This document shows positions 18,743-27,810 of a stretch of 32,357 nucleotides of DNA, one piece after another. Position numbers and translations under genes: made by a program. This DNA comes from a virus (Duplodnaviria > Heunggongvirae > Uroviricota > Caudoviricetes). Each line of letters begins with the position of its first letter. The stretch's first letter is position 1. Location of the stretch: IMG/VR virus record IMGVR_UViG_2675903665_000002, one strand, 5' to 3'. The notes beneath the pieces were generated by a model. That model was not told where the DNA came from. It saw only the letters and a program-made list of their open reading frames with translations, and did no database searches.

Positions 18743-19347
18743 CAGGACAACCTCGCAATGGTAAACTCGTCAACCGGTGGCAGTGGTTCCTGTGATTCAT
18801 TCTGGCTATGCGAGCCAGCACTAAGAATCACGCGATTGTACATATTGAGGGCAAACGTACCGAGGTCTGCATTCCCAGTCAGCGCCATGTTAATAGCTGC
18901 CGCAAGACGCCAGGCCAACGCCTCCATAAAAATGGCATCAAACATGTTCACATCTGTAACGCGAGATACATACTTGAGCCATGCCTGCGGCTGGTCTGTG
19001 TAGATCAACTTTCCTGTTCCGTTGGTGTCTGCACCAACTTCGTACTGAACGCGCATTGCTGCTGTTGGATTGCGTACACCAGGAAGCATAATTTCAGTAA
19101 TGCGCAGACAATCGGACGGGTACTGGTACGCATATTCCCAGTCAGGCGGTGGATTGTTCGTATCTGCAAGCGCCACGCGTTTGGTAGCAAAGTTCCAGTC
19201 AAAATCAGAAAGCACAGCATCACGGCAGGCCTCAAAGTGCAGCGAACATTCCCCCGCTTCCTTGCTGGCTTCCGTCAGGCTGTTAATACTGCGGCTGTTG
19301 CCAATATTGGACAGCGCACGATTGCAGATCTCTACTACAGAGGCCAT
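18742..19347 (-). CDS. Tail tubular protein A-like (adaptor), 201 aa
   Basis: Size and position between the capsid block and the large nozzle-like protein. Confidence 0.5.
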   Translation of the reverse strand: MASVVEICNRALSNIGNSRSINSLTEASKEAGECSLHFEACRDAVLSDFDWNFATKRVALADTNNPPPDWEYAYQYPSDCLRITEIMLPGVRNPTAAMRVQYEVGADTNGTGKLIYTDQPQAWLKYVSRVTDVNMFDAIFMEALAWRLAAAINMALTGNADLGTFALNMYNRVILSAGSHSQNESQEPLPPVDEFTIARLS

Positions 19348-19368
19348 AAGTTTCTATACTCCTGCAAT

Positions 19369-19388
19369 AAAGGGGCCGAAGCCCCTTG
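19369..19388 (-). terminator. UUCG-tetraloop hairpin (GGGGC-TTCG-GCCCC) followed by TTTATT on the - strand; probable attenuator after the capsid block
   Basis: Perfect 5-bp GC stem with a TTCG loop in the intergenic gap between 19404..19748 and 18742..19347. Confidence 0.5.
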
Positions 19389-19403
19389 TCTCATCCGCGA
19401 GGC

Positions 19404-19748
19404 TTACACGCCCAGTTCTTTACGCTTATCTGCGATCTTCTCGCGGAGCGTTTCTGCTTTGGCGTTATGGTGTGGCTTCTCGTTAAAGAGCAATTCGTAC
19501 TCTTCACGGAGCTTATCCAGTTCACCATCATCTGACACATCGTTGATGATTTTGGTGCTGGTTGCTGCCATAGACACCTTTCCTGCTACCTTTGCTTTTG
19601 CCTGTCTGGCTGCATCGTTAACAGGTTCCAGTGCGCTACCAGGCTCACCTTCGTATTCGATTTCTGCCCCCTCCGGCCACAGAGTGTTATGGATATGAGA
19701 GAGGCGCAGAACGCGGTATCTTGGTTTCTCACCTGACATCAATATCAC
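19404..19748 (-). CDS. Hypothetical virion protein (114 aa)
   Basis: Position in the head module after the capsid gene; tightly packed. Confidence 0.45.
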   Translation of the reverse strand: MILMSGEKPRYRVLRLSHIHNTLWPEGAEIEYEGEPGSALEPVNDAARQAKAKVAGKVSMAATSTKIINDVSDDGELDKLREEYELLFNEKPHHNAKAETLREKIADKRKELGV

Positions 19749-19749
19749 C

Positions 19750-20187
19750 TTAACCAGTTACTTTTGAGCGGATCGGATACGGCGTATTGGCATCAACATC
19801 AAGATTGATACCCGCAGTGAATTTGCCGGCCGTTAGTGGGCCAGTTGCGACGGAGTAGTTAACACGCAGATATCGCTGAACACCGGCAGGCACCTTTGCA
19901 GAAACAACTCGTTTACCTGCTGTCAGGGTAGCCTTTGCCAGTGCGCCACTATCATAAATAGTGGACCATGAGCTGTTATTCTCACTCGTCTGCAACTGGA
20001 TGTTTACAGTTGCCTCACCACTTGCCGTGGCGGCTTCGTTAACCAGCACCCAAAACTCAAGCGGATAACCCACGCCGATATCGCGACGGTTTCCATCAAT
20101 TGGACCGAGATCGATTACGTCAGTAGAAGCCGCGGTATTCGTAACCGCCTGAGCTTCGGAGAACATCAACAGTTTGTCGGTGATCAT
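19750..20187 (-). CDS. Hypothetical head-associated protein (145 aa), possible decoration or minor capsid protein
   Basis: GGAG SD upstream; immediately downstream of the major capsid gene. Confidence 0.45.
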   Translation of the reverse strand: MITDKLLMFSEAQAVTNTAASTDVIDLGPIDGNRRDIGVGYPLEFWVLVNEAATASGEATVNIQLQTSENNSSWSTIYDSGALAKATLTAGKRVVSAKVPAGVQRYLRVNYSVATGPLTAGKFTAGINLDVDANTPYPIRSKVTG

Positions 20188-20238
20188 CTTCTTTCTCCAT
20201 TAGTGGGTCTGTTACGACCCACAGGTTAATAACAGGCG

Positions 20239-21231
20239 TTACACCACGCGGGCTTCTGTTTCCAGAAGCGCATCAGTTTCACGGATTGGTACACCACGGA
20301 ATGAAGTCCACCACTCGCCTTCTGTCTCTTTTACGCTGATCGCCAGAGATGTTTTCTCCAGAGATTGCAGATCAAGAGCCTGGCCTACAGTGCGGTTCAT
20401 GTAGAACACCGGGCGACCCATGCCACGATTTGGAATGCGATGCAGTGCTTTAACCATCAACTTCGCAATATTTGCGGCAGAGGAAGGTTCTGAAAGATTG
20501 CTGACATCGATGTTTGCAATGCGAACAACATAACGCCAGTCACGCAGAGCAAGTCCGTTGTCCCATTTGTAATGGGTACGGTAGCCTTCGTACTTGCCGC
20601 CATTAGCATCTTCCAGTGTCACCTGGCCTTTATCTTCCATCTGAATGCCAGCCTTCTGCCCTTTCGGGAAGATGCCATGCACTGTGTTTTCGCCCCACAC
20701 CACTAACCAGATTGAAGTGTTATCTGTACCCGTGCCACCAGCATCAATGATGTTCTGAGCATTACCCGCAGACAGGCTGGAATAGCGGGAGGACAGTCCC
20801 ATAAACTGCTGAGGGTTAACGCTGGAATCACCGTAAAACAGCGTCTGCGCCATCGCCTGATTCATCGCTTCAATAAATGCTCGGTCTTCAGACAGGCGGA
20901 ATTCGGCAGTATTACCGTTCAGATCAGCCAGAGACTTATCGACTTCAGCATAGGTTTCCAGCATGCCAATGGAATCAGTGACCTGCACCGTTGTTGATTT
21001 GCTCGGTTGTACGCCATAGTTCAGCAAACGCCAGGTAGCGGAAGGCAAACCAGAACGAATGGTGGTTCGGTGTCCGGTAGGAAGGTTTCCTTCAACAAAA
21101 GGCATATCCTGAAGGATTGGGTTGGTTTGACTGAGAAGCTCGATAATCTTATCGACTTTCCCGTTTGGATCGACGCGCTTACCCCAGTCAGCCAGCGTTA
21201 GCGCAGTTAAGCCTTTAACAGCCATTGTCAT
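20239..21231 (-). CDS. Major capsid protein
   Basis: 330 aa, directly downstream of an acidic scaffold-like gene and the portal gene; typical size for an HK97-fold coat protein. Confidence 0.75.
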   Translation of the reverse strand: MTMAVKGLTALTLADWGKRVDPNGKVDKIIELLSQTNPILQDMPFVEGNLPTGHRTTIRSGLPSATWRLLNYGVQPSKSTTVQVTDSIGMLETYAEVDKSLADLNGNTAEFRLSEDRAFIEAMNQAMAQTLFYGDSSVNPQQFMGLSSRYSSLSAGNAQNIIDAGGTGTDNTSIWLVVWGENTVHGIFPKGQKAGIQMEDKGQVTLEDANGGKYEGYRTHYKWDNGLALRDWRYVVRIANIDVSNLSEPSSAANIAKLMVKALHRIPNRGMGRPVFYMNRTVGQALDLQSLEKTSLAISVKETEGEWWTSFRGVPIRETDALLETEARVV

Positions 21232-21239
21232 TTCCTCTC

Positions 21240-21941
21240 TTATTTGCCATAGAGCACTTCGGCCGCACTACGCTGGCCTTCATTACCACCGGTGACCATG
21301 CCATCTTCAGACATCGCCTTTCCGATTTTCACGAACGTTTTGACCAGATCAGGGTGATTACCCAGCCCGGTGGTGTTCAGATATTCTTTGAGTTCAGGTG
21401 TCCCGAACTGGTCGAGCGCACGCTGTGCGGCGCTAAGGTTAGAAATCAACTTGTCGCCACCGATTTCTTTGTCAGCTTTTACATCCGCAGCCCACTGCTC
21501 GGTTGTTTTCTGCCAGGCTTCTGCCTGGCGCTGCTGAACACCTGCCAGAATCTTCGGATAAGCATCAACCAGCTTTTGCGCTTGCTCGTTGGTCAGGTTA
21601 AGTTCTCGCGCCACCGGCTCGAATTCCTTCAACGCTTCTGTATCCAGCTCTACGCCTTCGGCAGCCTGAAACTCGTACTTCTCCGGCGCACCATCCGGTT
21701 TATCGCCGTCCTTTTTTTCACCCTGCTTATCGCTTTCAGGCTTTTTGTCATCAGCAGGTTTATCGCCATCAGCAACAGGTTGCGGCTTATCACCTTCTTG
21801 TTGTGATGGATCACCAACTGGAGCAGGGTTATCACCTGCAGGCGCTGACGGTTCTGACGCAGCCGGAGCTGCTCCACCATCGACTGGTTGCTCATTGCAA
21901 AGACGGCGATACAGCAAACGCTCAAATAAATTCATGATCAC
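21240..21941 (-). CDS. Scaffolding protein
   Basis: 233 aa, highly acidic with a Pro/Asp/Lys-rich low-complexity N-terminal half; located between portal and capsid. Confidence 0.7.
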   Translation of the reverse strand: MIMNLFERLLYRRLCNEQPVDGGAAPAASEPSAPAGDNPAPVGDPSQQEGDKPQPVADGDKPADDKKPESDKQGEKKDGDKPDGAPEKYEFQAAEGVELDTEALKEFEPVARELNLTNEQAQKLVDAYPKILAGVQQRQAEAWQKTTEQWAADVKADKEIGGDKLISNLSAAQRALDQFGTPELKEYLNTTGLGNHPDLVKTFVKIGKAMSEDGMVTGGNEGQRSAAEVLYGK

Positions 21942-22234
21942 TCCTGTTCACTGGCCTCTTTGGCCATCTTCAAATACTGTTCAGGGCAATGCGCCATAAC
22001 GCGCTGAAACAGTTCCAGCGCCAGATTGCGTTGCCCCTCATTAAATGCCATTGCCATAGCGTCCATCGGTGAGATAGCGGAAAACACACGGCCTTTCTCC
22101 AGCACCGACCAGACAACGCGACGCCCCTGTTCACTGCTCATGACAAAGCGAATGTCATCAATTTCACGCTGTGCCATGTCACGTTGCTTACGGGCGTTTT
22201 CTTCTTTCAGTTGATCATCTTCGTAATCTGTCAT
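21938..22234 (-). CDS. Hypothetical small head-module protein (98 aa)
   Basis: Overlapping start/stop with both the portal and scaffold genes. Confidence 0.45.
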   Translation of the reverse strand: MTDYEDDQLKEENARKQRDMAQREIDDIRFVMSSEQGRRVVWSVLEKGRVFSAISPMDAMAMAFNEGQRNLALELFQRVMAHCPEQYLKMAKEASEQE

Positions 22235-23910
22235 TGTGATTGCCCACCCTGACCACTAACTGCATTCGCCATAGCTGACAAAACACTCGGATCCGAAGTT
22301 TTAGCTTCGCTTAGCGTCTTGGCACCCTGTGCCGCCGCCATCCCCATCGCCATCATTTGTTGCTGCTGTTGTTGCTGTGCCCGTTGCTGGCGAGCCTGCT
22401 CAACCTGTTCCTGCGGAACAATGACGGTTGGAGACACTCCGGACATATCAGCGAATGCATCGATCGCCTGATCAACGTTGAGTTTGTCGAGAGCTTCTGG
22501 TTTCGCTTGCGCAAGTTGACCAATGAAGTTAACCGTGGACGCCAGACTGGACAGGCCGATAGACTTCTGCGCCTGAGCCATGACGGAAATGTATTCGACC
22601 TTCAGGGGCATGCCTTCCATCGCGTCAGGCGGTGGCGGCAGCATGTTTTTGCGCACCATCATCGAGAAAGCGCGGTCAATGAGAGGATTAAGACATTCGT
22701 CGTTCAGACGCTCCAGAACCGGCCCCAACATCAGAAGTTTTTCTTCTTTCATTTCGATCACCGCTTCAACAGGCATCGAGCGGGTATTGATGTTCTGCAA
22801 CATCATGAACAGATCGACAAAGTAGGCGCTGTTAATGATTTGACGAGTGTCCTGAATGTCTGCCACCAAATCTGCTGTACTGGGGTTAACCAGATAAGCA
22901 GGCCTGAAGCCATCCTGACCAGTAATCTGATCGATATACGTGATGTCGCCAGGAAGAAGGGAGGCGCGCTGATTCTTGAGGGAAGTCGGAGCAACCATCG
23001 GCGGATTGGTGGCTTTATCAATCAACTGCGACTTGCGCTTCTGGAGAAGCTGCAATGCCTTAACAGGTCCAAGCGCCAGCATACCCGGGCATGATGATCC
23101 ATAAACATCTTCGCCGTTAACTTCCCAGCGCGGAGCCATAATTGGAAACTCATCGAATCCGGACTCACGCAACAACTTGTCGTTATCGCCACCAACCTCG
23201 TAATAAACCGATTTGAATGGCTTGTTCTTGCTATCCAGCTTCGATGTATCGCGGTCAATGTTCGGGTAAACCGAATGCATCACTTCGATCCACTTCTCGT
23301 AGGTGCCGCTTTCCCACATGCTTTTTACGGATTCGCTGACGTTATTTAGCCCGAACTCCTGAACAAGCTGACGAACAGTCATAGAGAACTTGCGAAAACA
23401 GGTGTCAACACTGCCACGAGGTGAGTTAGCCAGGTAGTAACTGCCTATCGGGAATGGCATTGTGCGAATGATGTCCTCGTCATCCTCCAGCACTGCCATT
23501 GCACCAGTGCTGTATGTGCCGAGGCTTCCGTATAACTGCGGAAGAGACTGGTAGAGATTCGACTTATTGAACATATCGTTCATGCGGTTCTGAACTGCCT
23601 CAAGCCACAACTTAACAGGGCCATAATCCATCATTTCAGGATCTGGCGTAGCCAGGCGAAACCACGGACGCGCGGGGCTTGTGATGCCTGACATCATGCC
23701 GCTGGCGAGAGTGCGCGCCGCCATAGTCCCGGTCGAATCAATAATGCGTGTATTGCGCCGATCGTTACGGTTGGCCTCAGAAGTCAGAAAGCGGGAACCA
23801 CGCGGGTTGATGTAATCACTCAACTCGCGCCAGTGCGGCTCGAACGACTGACGCTCGCTTTCAAGTTGTGCGAACTGTTTGTTCAATCGCTCTTTAGTTG
23901 TTTCCGCCAT
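22231..23910 (-). CDS. Portal (head-to-tail connector) protein
   Basis: 559 aa. N-terminal region resembles the podovirus head-to-tail connector family. Gln-rich C-terminal tail. Sits upstream of scaffold and capsid. Confidence 0.8.
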   Translation of the reverse strand: MAETTKERLNKQFAQLESERQSFEPHWRELSDYINPRGSRFLTSEANRNDRRNTRIIDSTGTMAARTLASGMMSGITSPARPWFRLATPDPEMMDYGPVKLWLEAVQNRMNDMFNKSNLYQSLPQLYGSLGTYSTGAMAVLEDDEDIIRTMPFPIGSYYLANSPRGSVDTCFRKFSMTVRQLVQEFGLNNVSESVKSMWESGTYEKWIEVMHSVYPNIDRDTSKLDSKNKPFKSVYYEVGGDNDKLLRESGFDEFPIMAPRWEVNGEDVYGSSCPGMLALGPVKALQLLQKRKSQLIDKATNPPMVAPTSLKNQRASLLPGDITYIDQITGQDGFRPAYLVNPSTADLVADIQDTRQIINSAYFVDLFMMLQNINTRSMPVEAVIEMKEEKLLMLGPVLERLNDECLNPLIDRAFSMMVRKNMLPPPPDAMEGMPLKVEYISVMAQAQKSIGLSSLASTVNFIGQLAQAKPEALDKLNVDQAIDAFADMSGVSPTVIVPQEQVEQARQQRAQQQQQQQMMAMGMAAAQGAKTLSEAKTSDPSVLSAMANAVSGQGGQSQ

Positions 23911-23924
23911 TTCAATGACTCCGG

Positions 23925-24131
23925 TTACTGACCAAGCAGCGTTTTACCGCTGGTATTAGCGGTTGATGTGTCGCCCTGAGAACCGGTAAGCAGCGTAGAA
24001 CTACGACCAGCAGCAGCGCGACGGCGACGTGTTTCTTCGTCGCGGGCATCAACAACGGCGGCATCCTGCTCCTGTGGTGCTGCCTGAACTTCTGGTGTTG
24101 CAGGCACTGATGGTGAGCTACCCATGCACAT
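23925..24131 (-). CDS. Small hypothetical protein (68 aa) upstream of the portal gene
   Basis: ATG at 24131 with GGAG SD 8 nt upstream. The alternative overlapping frame 23912..24151 looks less protein-like. Confidence 0.35.
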   Translation of the reverse strand: MCMGSSPSVPATPEVQAAPQEQDAAVVDARDEETRRRRAAAGRSSTLLTGSQGDTSTANTSGKTLLGQ

Positions 24132-24199
24132 ATCAATGACTCCGTACGCAATTAAATTATTACCAATTTAACCACATATGATTTATTTATCGTAGAAGG

Positions 24200-24236
24200 T
24201 TGACATTTAACGCGTGAATTATTACCTTTCGGGTAA
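24200..24236 (+). promoter_or_regulatory. Promoter (TTGACA at 24200-24205) with perfect operator for the tRNA transcription unit
   Basis: TTACCtttcgGGTAA at 24222-24236 positioned where a -10 element would be expected. Confidence 0.55.
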
Positions 24237-24558
24237 CCAAAGAGCTCATTCCGGTTACTAACCTGACTGGCTTGTCGTTAAATTAAACAGGTGGAGTGAG
24301 CTTTTATTTTGAGCAGTACGGCGTATGGCACATGCGCCGATAGCGGTCTGGATACGTTTAAGGGGCACCCTCCCTTGCTCGGGCAAACGAACCAGGTAGC
24401 CGGAATGTGCAAGTCGAGCGGTTTTATTCCGCGCACGGGGATTCACCATCCCGGCGATTCGGTGTGACGCCTCGGAAGAGACGAGGGTACAACGATGAGA
24501 GCATTTATGGAGCCGCGACAAAGTGTGGCGCCTTAACAGGCTAAGTGCTCTCAGCGTT

Positions 24559-24635
24559 GTGGCATTAGCTCAGTTGGACAGAGCAACCGCCTTCTAAGCG
24601 GTTGGTCGCAGGTTCGAATCCTGCATGCCACGCCA
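24559..24635 (+). tRNA. argU: tRNA-Arg (anticodon UCU), argU-like
   Basis: 77 nt. 7-bp acceptor stem GTGGCAT/ATGCCAC, D-arm GCTCAGTTGGACAGAGC, anticodon arm ACCGC-CTTCTAA-GCGGT (anticodon TCT), T-arm GCAGG-TTCGAAT-CCTGC, discriminator G plus CCA. Near-identical in arrangement to E. coli argU. Confidence 0.95.
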
Positions 24636-24678
24636 GAATCACGCCTAAGGACCGTGATGCCAGAAGTTCCAGGTGCTT

Positions 24679-24721
24679 GGCGGTGATGGTTTCCCTTGAA
24701 GGACTATCACCGCCCTTTTTA
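24679..24721 (+). terminator. Intrinsic terminator downstream of the tRNA
   Basis: GGCGGTGAT...ATCACCGCC stem followed by CTTTTTA. Confidence 0.65.
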
Positions 24722-24798
24722 CAGCAGGACGCCATTGCGATGACTTCATGCTGTAAACCCGTACAGCCACGGAAGGCATAACTCATTGCTTCCAGTTC

Positions 24799-24822
24799 GC
24801 CCGGTTCGCCGGGCATTTTTTT
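24799..24822 (+). terminator. Intrinsic terminator (GCCCGG-TTCG-CCGGGC plus T8)
   Basis: 6-bp GC stem with TTCG tetraloop followed by ATTTTTTT. Confidence 0.8.
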
Positions 24823-24838
24823 GCTTGATGACCGCAAA

Positions 24839-24857
24839 TTACCTTAAAGGTATAATC
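24839..24857 (+). promoter_or_regulatory. Near-consensus operator (TTACCttaaaGGTAT, 9/10) fused to TATAAT, directly upstream of the membrane-protein gene
   Basis: Same TTAAA spacer as the 6668 site. TATAAT at 24851-24856. Confidence 0.5.
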
Positions 24858-25676
24858 ATGAAAAACTTCAAGGTAATTAGCATGTTTGAATCGTTTAAAG
24901 AGCTGTTTTTATCTACTGCCAATACTGCCGTGAATCGAGCCAAAAACCCTGTGCTTGGTGCTTTTGTTATGTCCTGGTGCGCCTTCAACTGGAAATCAAT
25001 TCTTTATCTATTTTTTAGCAAATCAAACATAATAGATAAAATTTCATATATCTCAGATAACAGCACATGGAAAACTGTTATGTTTTATCCATGCTTATCT
25101 GTAATTGCTATCTGCTGCCTATTACCATGGGTAAACAATATCATTAACGTATGGCAAGCAAAGCCTCTTGATAATAATGACTCAATCGAAAATCACCTGA
25201 AGGCAAGAAAAATCCAGCGTGAAACCAGACTGCAGAGGTTATTGGCTAAAAAAGATGTTACATACGACAAAGTTAAGACTGGCGCGGAAAAAGACATCCA
25301 AGAGATGAAAGAAGAGATTATTCGATCAAAGAATAGTATGGGGGAATTGACTGCTGAGTTGAAAGCTAAAGATGACGAATTGAGATCCGCCAGTGCTCAG
25401 TTAGCAGCTCTAAATCATTCATTAAAAGAGATATCGGAAACTCTTGGAAGAATGAATGAGGCATATAAGACCCTCCAAAATGATTTCGACGAATACAAAC
25501 TCAAATACCCTGAAAAATCTCAAATAAAAAGTCTTGCACTTGGCAACGGCCAAACAATTAGCAACTTTTTGGAGCAACACAACTTATCCGGATTAAAATC
25601 TGGTAAGCCAGACGTTTTTAATAACTTTGGTGTTCTATCTGGATTATCAGGTTTCGAGGATAAAAATAAAGACTAA
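24858..25676 (+). CDS. Accessory membrane protein: two predicted TM helices followed by a long coiled-coil; AT-rich
   Basis: Hydrophobic segments VLGAFVMSWCAFNWKSILYLFF and VMFYPCLSVIAICCLLPWV, then a charged heptad-like region. Opposite strand to the structural genes. Start may be ATG 24882 if TATAAT is the -10. Confidence 0.6.
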   Translation: MKNFKVISMFESFKELFLSTANTAVNRAKNPVLGAFVMSWCAFNWKSILYLFFSKSNIIDKISYISDNSTWKTVMFYPCLSVIAICCLLPWVNNIINVWQAKPLDNNDSIENHLKARKIQRETRLQRLLAKKDVTYDKVKTGAEKDIQEMKEEIIRSKNSMGELTAELKAKDDELRSASAQLAALNHSLKEISETLGRMNEAYKTLQNDFDEYKLKYPEKSQIKSLALGNGQTISNFLEQHNLSGLKSGKPDVFNNFGVLSGLSGFEDKNKD

Positions 25677-27148
25677 GCATATGGATCGTACTCGGTAAGC
25701 GCCTTGCCTTGCTGGTTCTGCTGCCCGGGAAGTCGCAGGCGCTTCGACACCGGGAAAGCAAACGTCAGCAGCAGCGCATCGCCTTTACCCGGCGAACGCC
25801 CAAGTCGCTCTTTGATATCTTCCTTCGGTTCGATAACGATTTTACCGTCCACTCGAACTTTGTACTCTGCCGCCGACAGGTCGTCTGCAGTTTCCTGGTC
25901 ATCCAGCATGCCGCCCAGCCTCAGCCATGTCTTACATGAGTTGAACATCTCCCCACGCTTGTTGAGCATCTGCGGGTCAGTAGACGCGCCACCGAACGGA
26001 ACAAGTTGCCATGTACGACCCCAGCCGTCACCGATTGACTTCAGACCAGTTCCGTAACCGAAGTCGATGAACACTGCGTCAGCCTGGTACTGGTCTTCAA
26101 AGTCAGCGATACGCTTCGCCATAATCAGATCGTCAGTGGTCTTGTTGCCAGTCCACAGCACCTTACTGTGCAGCCCCTGCCGCAGGTATATCACAGCGTC
26201 ATCAACGCCTGAGTATGCCGGGTCAACGCCGATTATCACCGGAGCATGTGCAACCTGCGCAGCGGTGACCACCCGTTTCATTGCCTCGTCAGTAAGTCCG
26301 GTAGGGATAAACTGCAATTCAGATGCATCCGGGAATATGCCGCGCACACGGATTTTAACGAAGTCGCTGTCTTCCCCGTAGTCATCAACCCATTTCTGCA
26401 ACTGCTGTTTGTTGGTGCCTTCCACCGTCCGGCTGTCAATCTGCGCAGTTTTCCAGCGGTGTTTATATTTGCGGAAACATTCGCGGAAACGTCCGGTATT
26501 ACGCGTCGGGTTTCCGAACGCCACCCAGATAATCTCAGTGTCTTCGTCCGTTAGCGCACCCTCGGCAACTTCCCACACCAGATCCGCAATGTTCGACGCT
26601 TCATCGAATACCACGATGATGCGTTTGCGCTCGTTGTGTAGTCCGGCGAATGCCTCAGTGTTGTGCTCAGACCAGGGTATTGCGTCAGCTCGCCACCGCT
26701 TGTCGTGTCCAGGATCATTGCTGTACATCGCGGTAGCGGTACAGGTAAACCAGTCTTTCGTGATAGCAAGGTTCGACCACTTGATAATTTCCGGCCAGGT
26801 CTTCGTTCGTAGCTGGTTGTCGGTGTTGGCGGTCACCACAACCTTACAATCCTCGCAAGTGGACATGCCCCAGTTGATCAGCATTGAGATGAATGCGGAT
26901 TTACCAATACCGTGACCCGAAGCGCGTGCCAGCATAAGCGGCTGATAGCGCGTCTCTGGATTCTGCAGGTGATCACGTATCTCTCGGAACGCATCAGCCT
27001 GCCACTGACGTGGACCGGTGGCATGTGCCAGTTCAGTCCCATCTTCCCCCCACGGGAACGCATAGAGGGCATAGCCAAGCGGATCGTGAGTGAACCCTGC
27101 AATATCCTCGATTAACTGCTCTTCAGGAGATAACGCTGTATCTGTCAC
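25673..27148 (-). CDS. Terminase large subunit
   Basis: 491 aa. Walker A-like SGHGIGKS in the N-terminal ATPase region and an acidic nuclease-type C-terminal region. Start overlaps the terS stop. Confidence 0.85.
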   Translation of the reverse strand: MTDTALSPEEQLIEDIAGFTHDPLGYALYAFPWGEDGTELAHATGPRQWQADAFREIRDHLQNPETRYQPLMLARASGHGIGKSAFISMLINWGMSTCEDCKVVVTANTDNQLRTKTWPEIIKWSNLAITKDWFTCTATAMYSNDPGHDKRWRADAIPWSEHNTEAFAGLHNERKRIIVVFDEASNIADLVWEVAEGALTDEDTEIIWVAFGNPTRNTGRFRECFRKYKHRWKTAQIDSRTVEGTNKQQLQKWVDDYGEDSDFVKIRVRGIFPDASELQFIPTGLTDEAMKRVVTAAQVAHAPVIIGVDPAYSGVDDAVIYLRQGLHSKVLWTGNKTTDDLIMAKRIADFEDQYQADAVFIDFGYGTGLKSIGDGWGRTWQLVPFGGASTDPQMLNKRGEMFNSCKTWLRLGGMLDDQETADDLSAAEYKVRVDGKIVIEPKEDIKERLGRSPGKGDALLLTFAFPVSKRLRLPGQQNQQGKALTEYDPYA

Positions 27149-27741
27149 TGATTACCATCCTGACGTTCTTTGAGTCGCTTCCTGGCTGCTGCTATGCGAT
27201 CAGCAATTGTCACATTCACATTAACATCCAGACGTTCTTTGAATGCGTTGACATCAACATGCTTACCAATCAGCTCAAGGTTCTTCACCTTGTCAGGCCA
27301 TTTAATTTTTTTGAGGATTGTCTCTATTGAATCCTCGTTCATGTTCATGATGGTCGATGACAGATCAAAGCCACTAAGCGTAGTGCGCCAGATTTTCGGC
27401 CACTCACGGATTGGTTTAAGGCTCCCATCGTCGTTGAGGATGTCGATCACGTCCATCTGGTCGATCTCCACCAGGCGCATGAGAACGTAATCAGCACTGA
27501 CACGCATTCGTTTGTTGCGCTCCTCCATCAACTCGGCAATCCGTTTCTGAATGCGTTCATCGCGCATCATGACACTGGCTTTAACTGCCGCTGTATTTGG
27601 GGAGAATCCTGCGTTAATCGCAGCCTGAGTCTGGTTTTCAGGCGTTTTGATGTATGACTGGCAATAAGCCTCCTGCATTGCTGTGAGCGGCTTAAATTGC
27701 GTTGATTTGCGTTTATAGGTTTTAGGTTCAGCAGGCATCAT
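27145..27741 (-). CDS. Terminase small subunit
   Basis: N-terminal LTAMQEAYCQSYIKTPENQTQAAINAGFSPNTAAVKA... resembles the Terminase_2-type small subunit. Start set at ATG 27741 (MMPAEP..., GGTGG SD) rather than the TTG at 27819. Confidence 0.75.
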   Translation of the reverse strand: MMPAEPKTYKRKSTQFKPLTAMQEAYCQSYIKTPENQTQAAINAGFSPNTAAVKASVMMRDERIQKRIAELMEERNKRMRVSADYVLMRLVEIDQMDVIDILNDDGSLKPIREWPKIWRTTLSGFDLSSTIMNMNEDSIETILKKIKWPDKVKNLELIGKHVDVNAFKERLDVNVNVTIADRIAAARKRLKERQDGNQ

Positions 27742-27758
27742 AACCACCGTGGTAATTG

Positions 27759-27781
27759 TTACCGTTGTGGTAATAATACCA
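27759..27781 (-). promoter_or_regulatory. Candidate late promoter: extended -10 (TGgTATTAT on the - strand) overlapped by a perfect operator
   Basis: TTACCgttgtGGTAA at 27759-27773. The - strand reads catgGTATTATTACC, so the operator covers the predicted start site 18 nt upstream of terS. Confidence 0.5.
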
Positions 27782-27783
27782 TG

Positions 27784-27810
27784 CAAAATAAAGCCGCCAT
27801 AGTTGGCGGC
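27784..27810 (-). terminator. Intrinsic terminator on the - strand immediately upstream of the terS promoter region
   Basis: GCCGCC-atagtt-GGCGGC hairpin followed on the - strand by TTTATTTTG. Confidence 0.6.

Noticed and set aside
8550-23258. Numerous 60-300-aa ORFs nested inside or antisense to the large structural genes (for example 10505..11146, 10933..11757, 18299..19003, 18808..19698, 21225..21806, 22357..23094)
   Set aside because: Each lies within a longer ORF on the opposite strand or in another frame that has coherent synteny and coupling; typical shadow ORFs in GC-balanced DNA.
23912-24151. Alternative 79-aa frame upstream of the portal gene
   Set aside because: Overlaps the 68-aa ORF, which has a GGAG SD and more protein-like composition; only one can be real and neither is certain.
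24258-24521. 87-aa ORF on the - strand in the tRNA leader
   Set aside because: No RBS, poor protein-like composition and located in a promoter-proximal leader; more likely non-coding.
24565-24837. 90-aa ORF on the - strand
   Set aside because: Lies entirely across the tRNA-Arg gene and its two terminators; antisense artefact.
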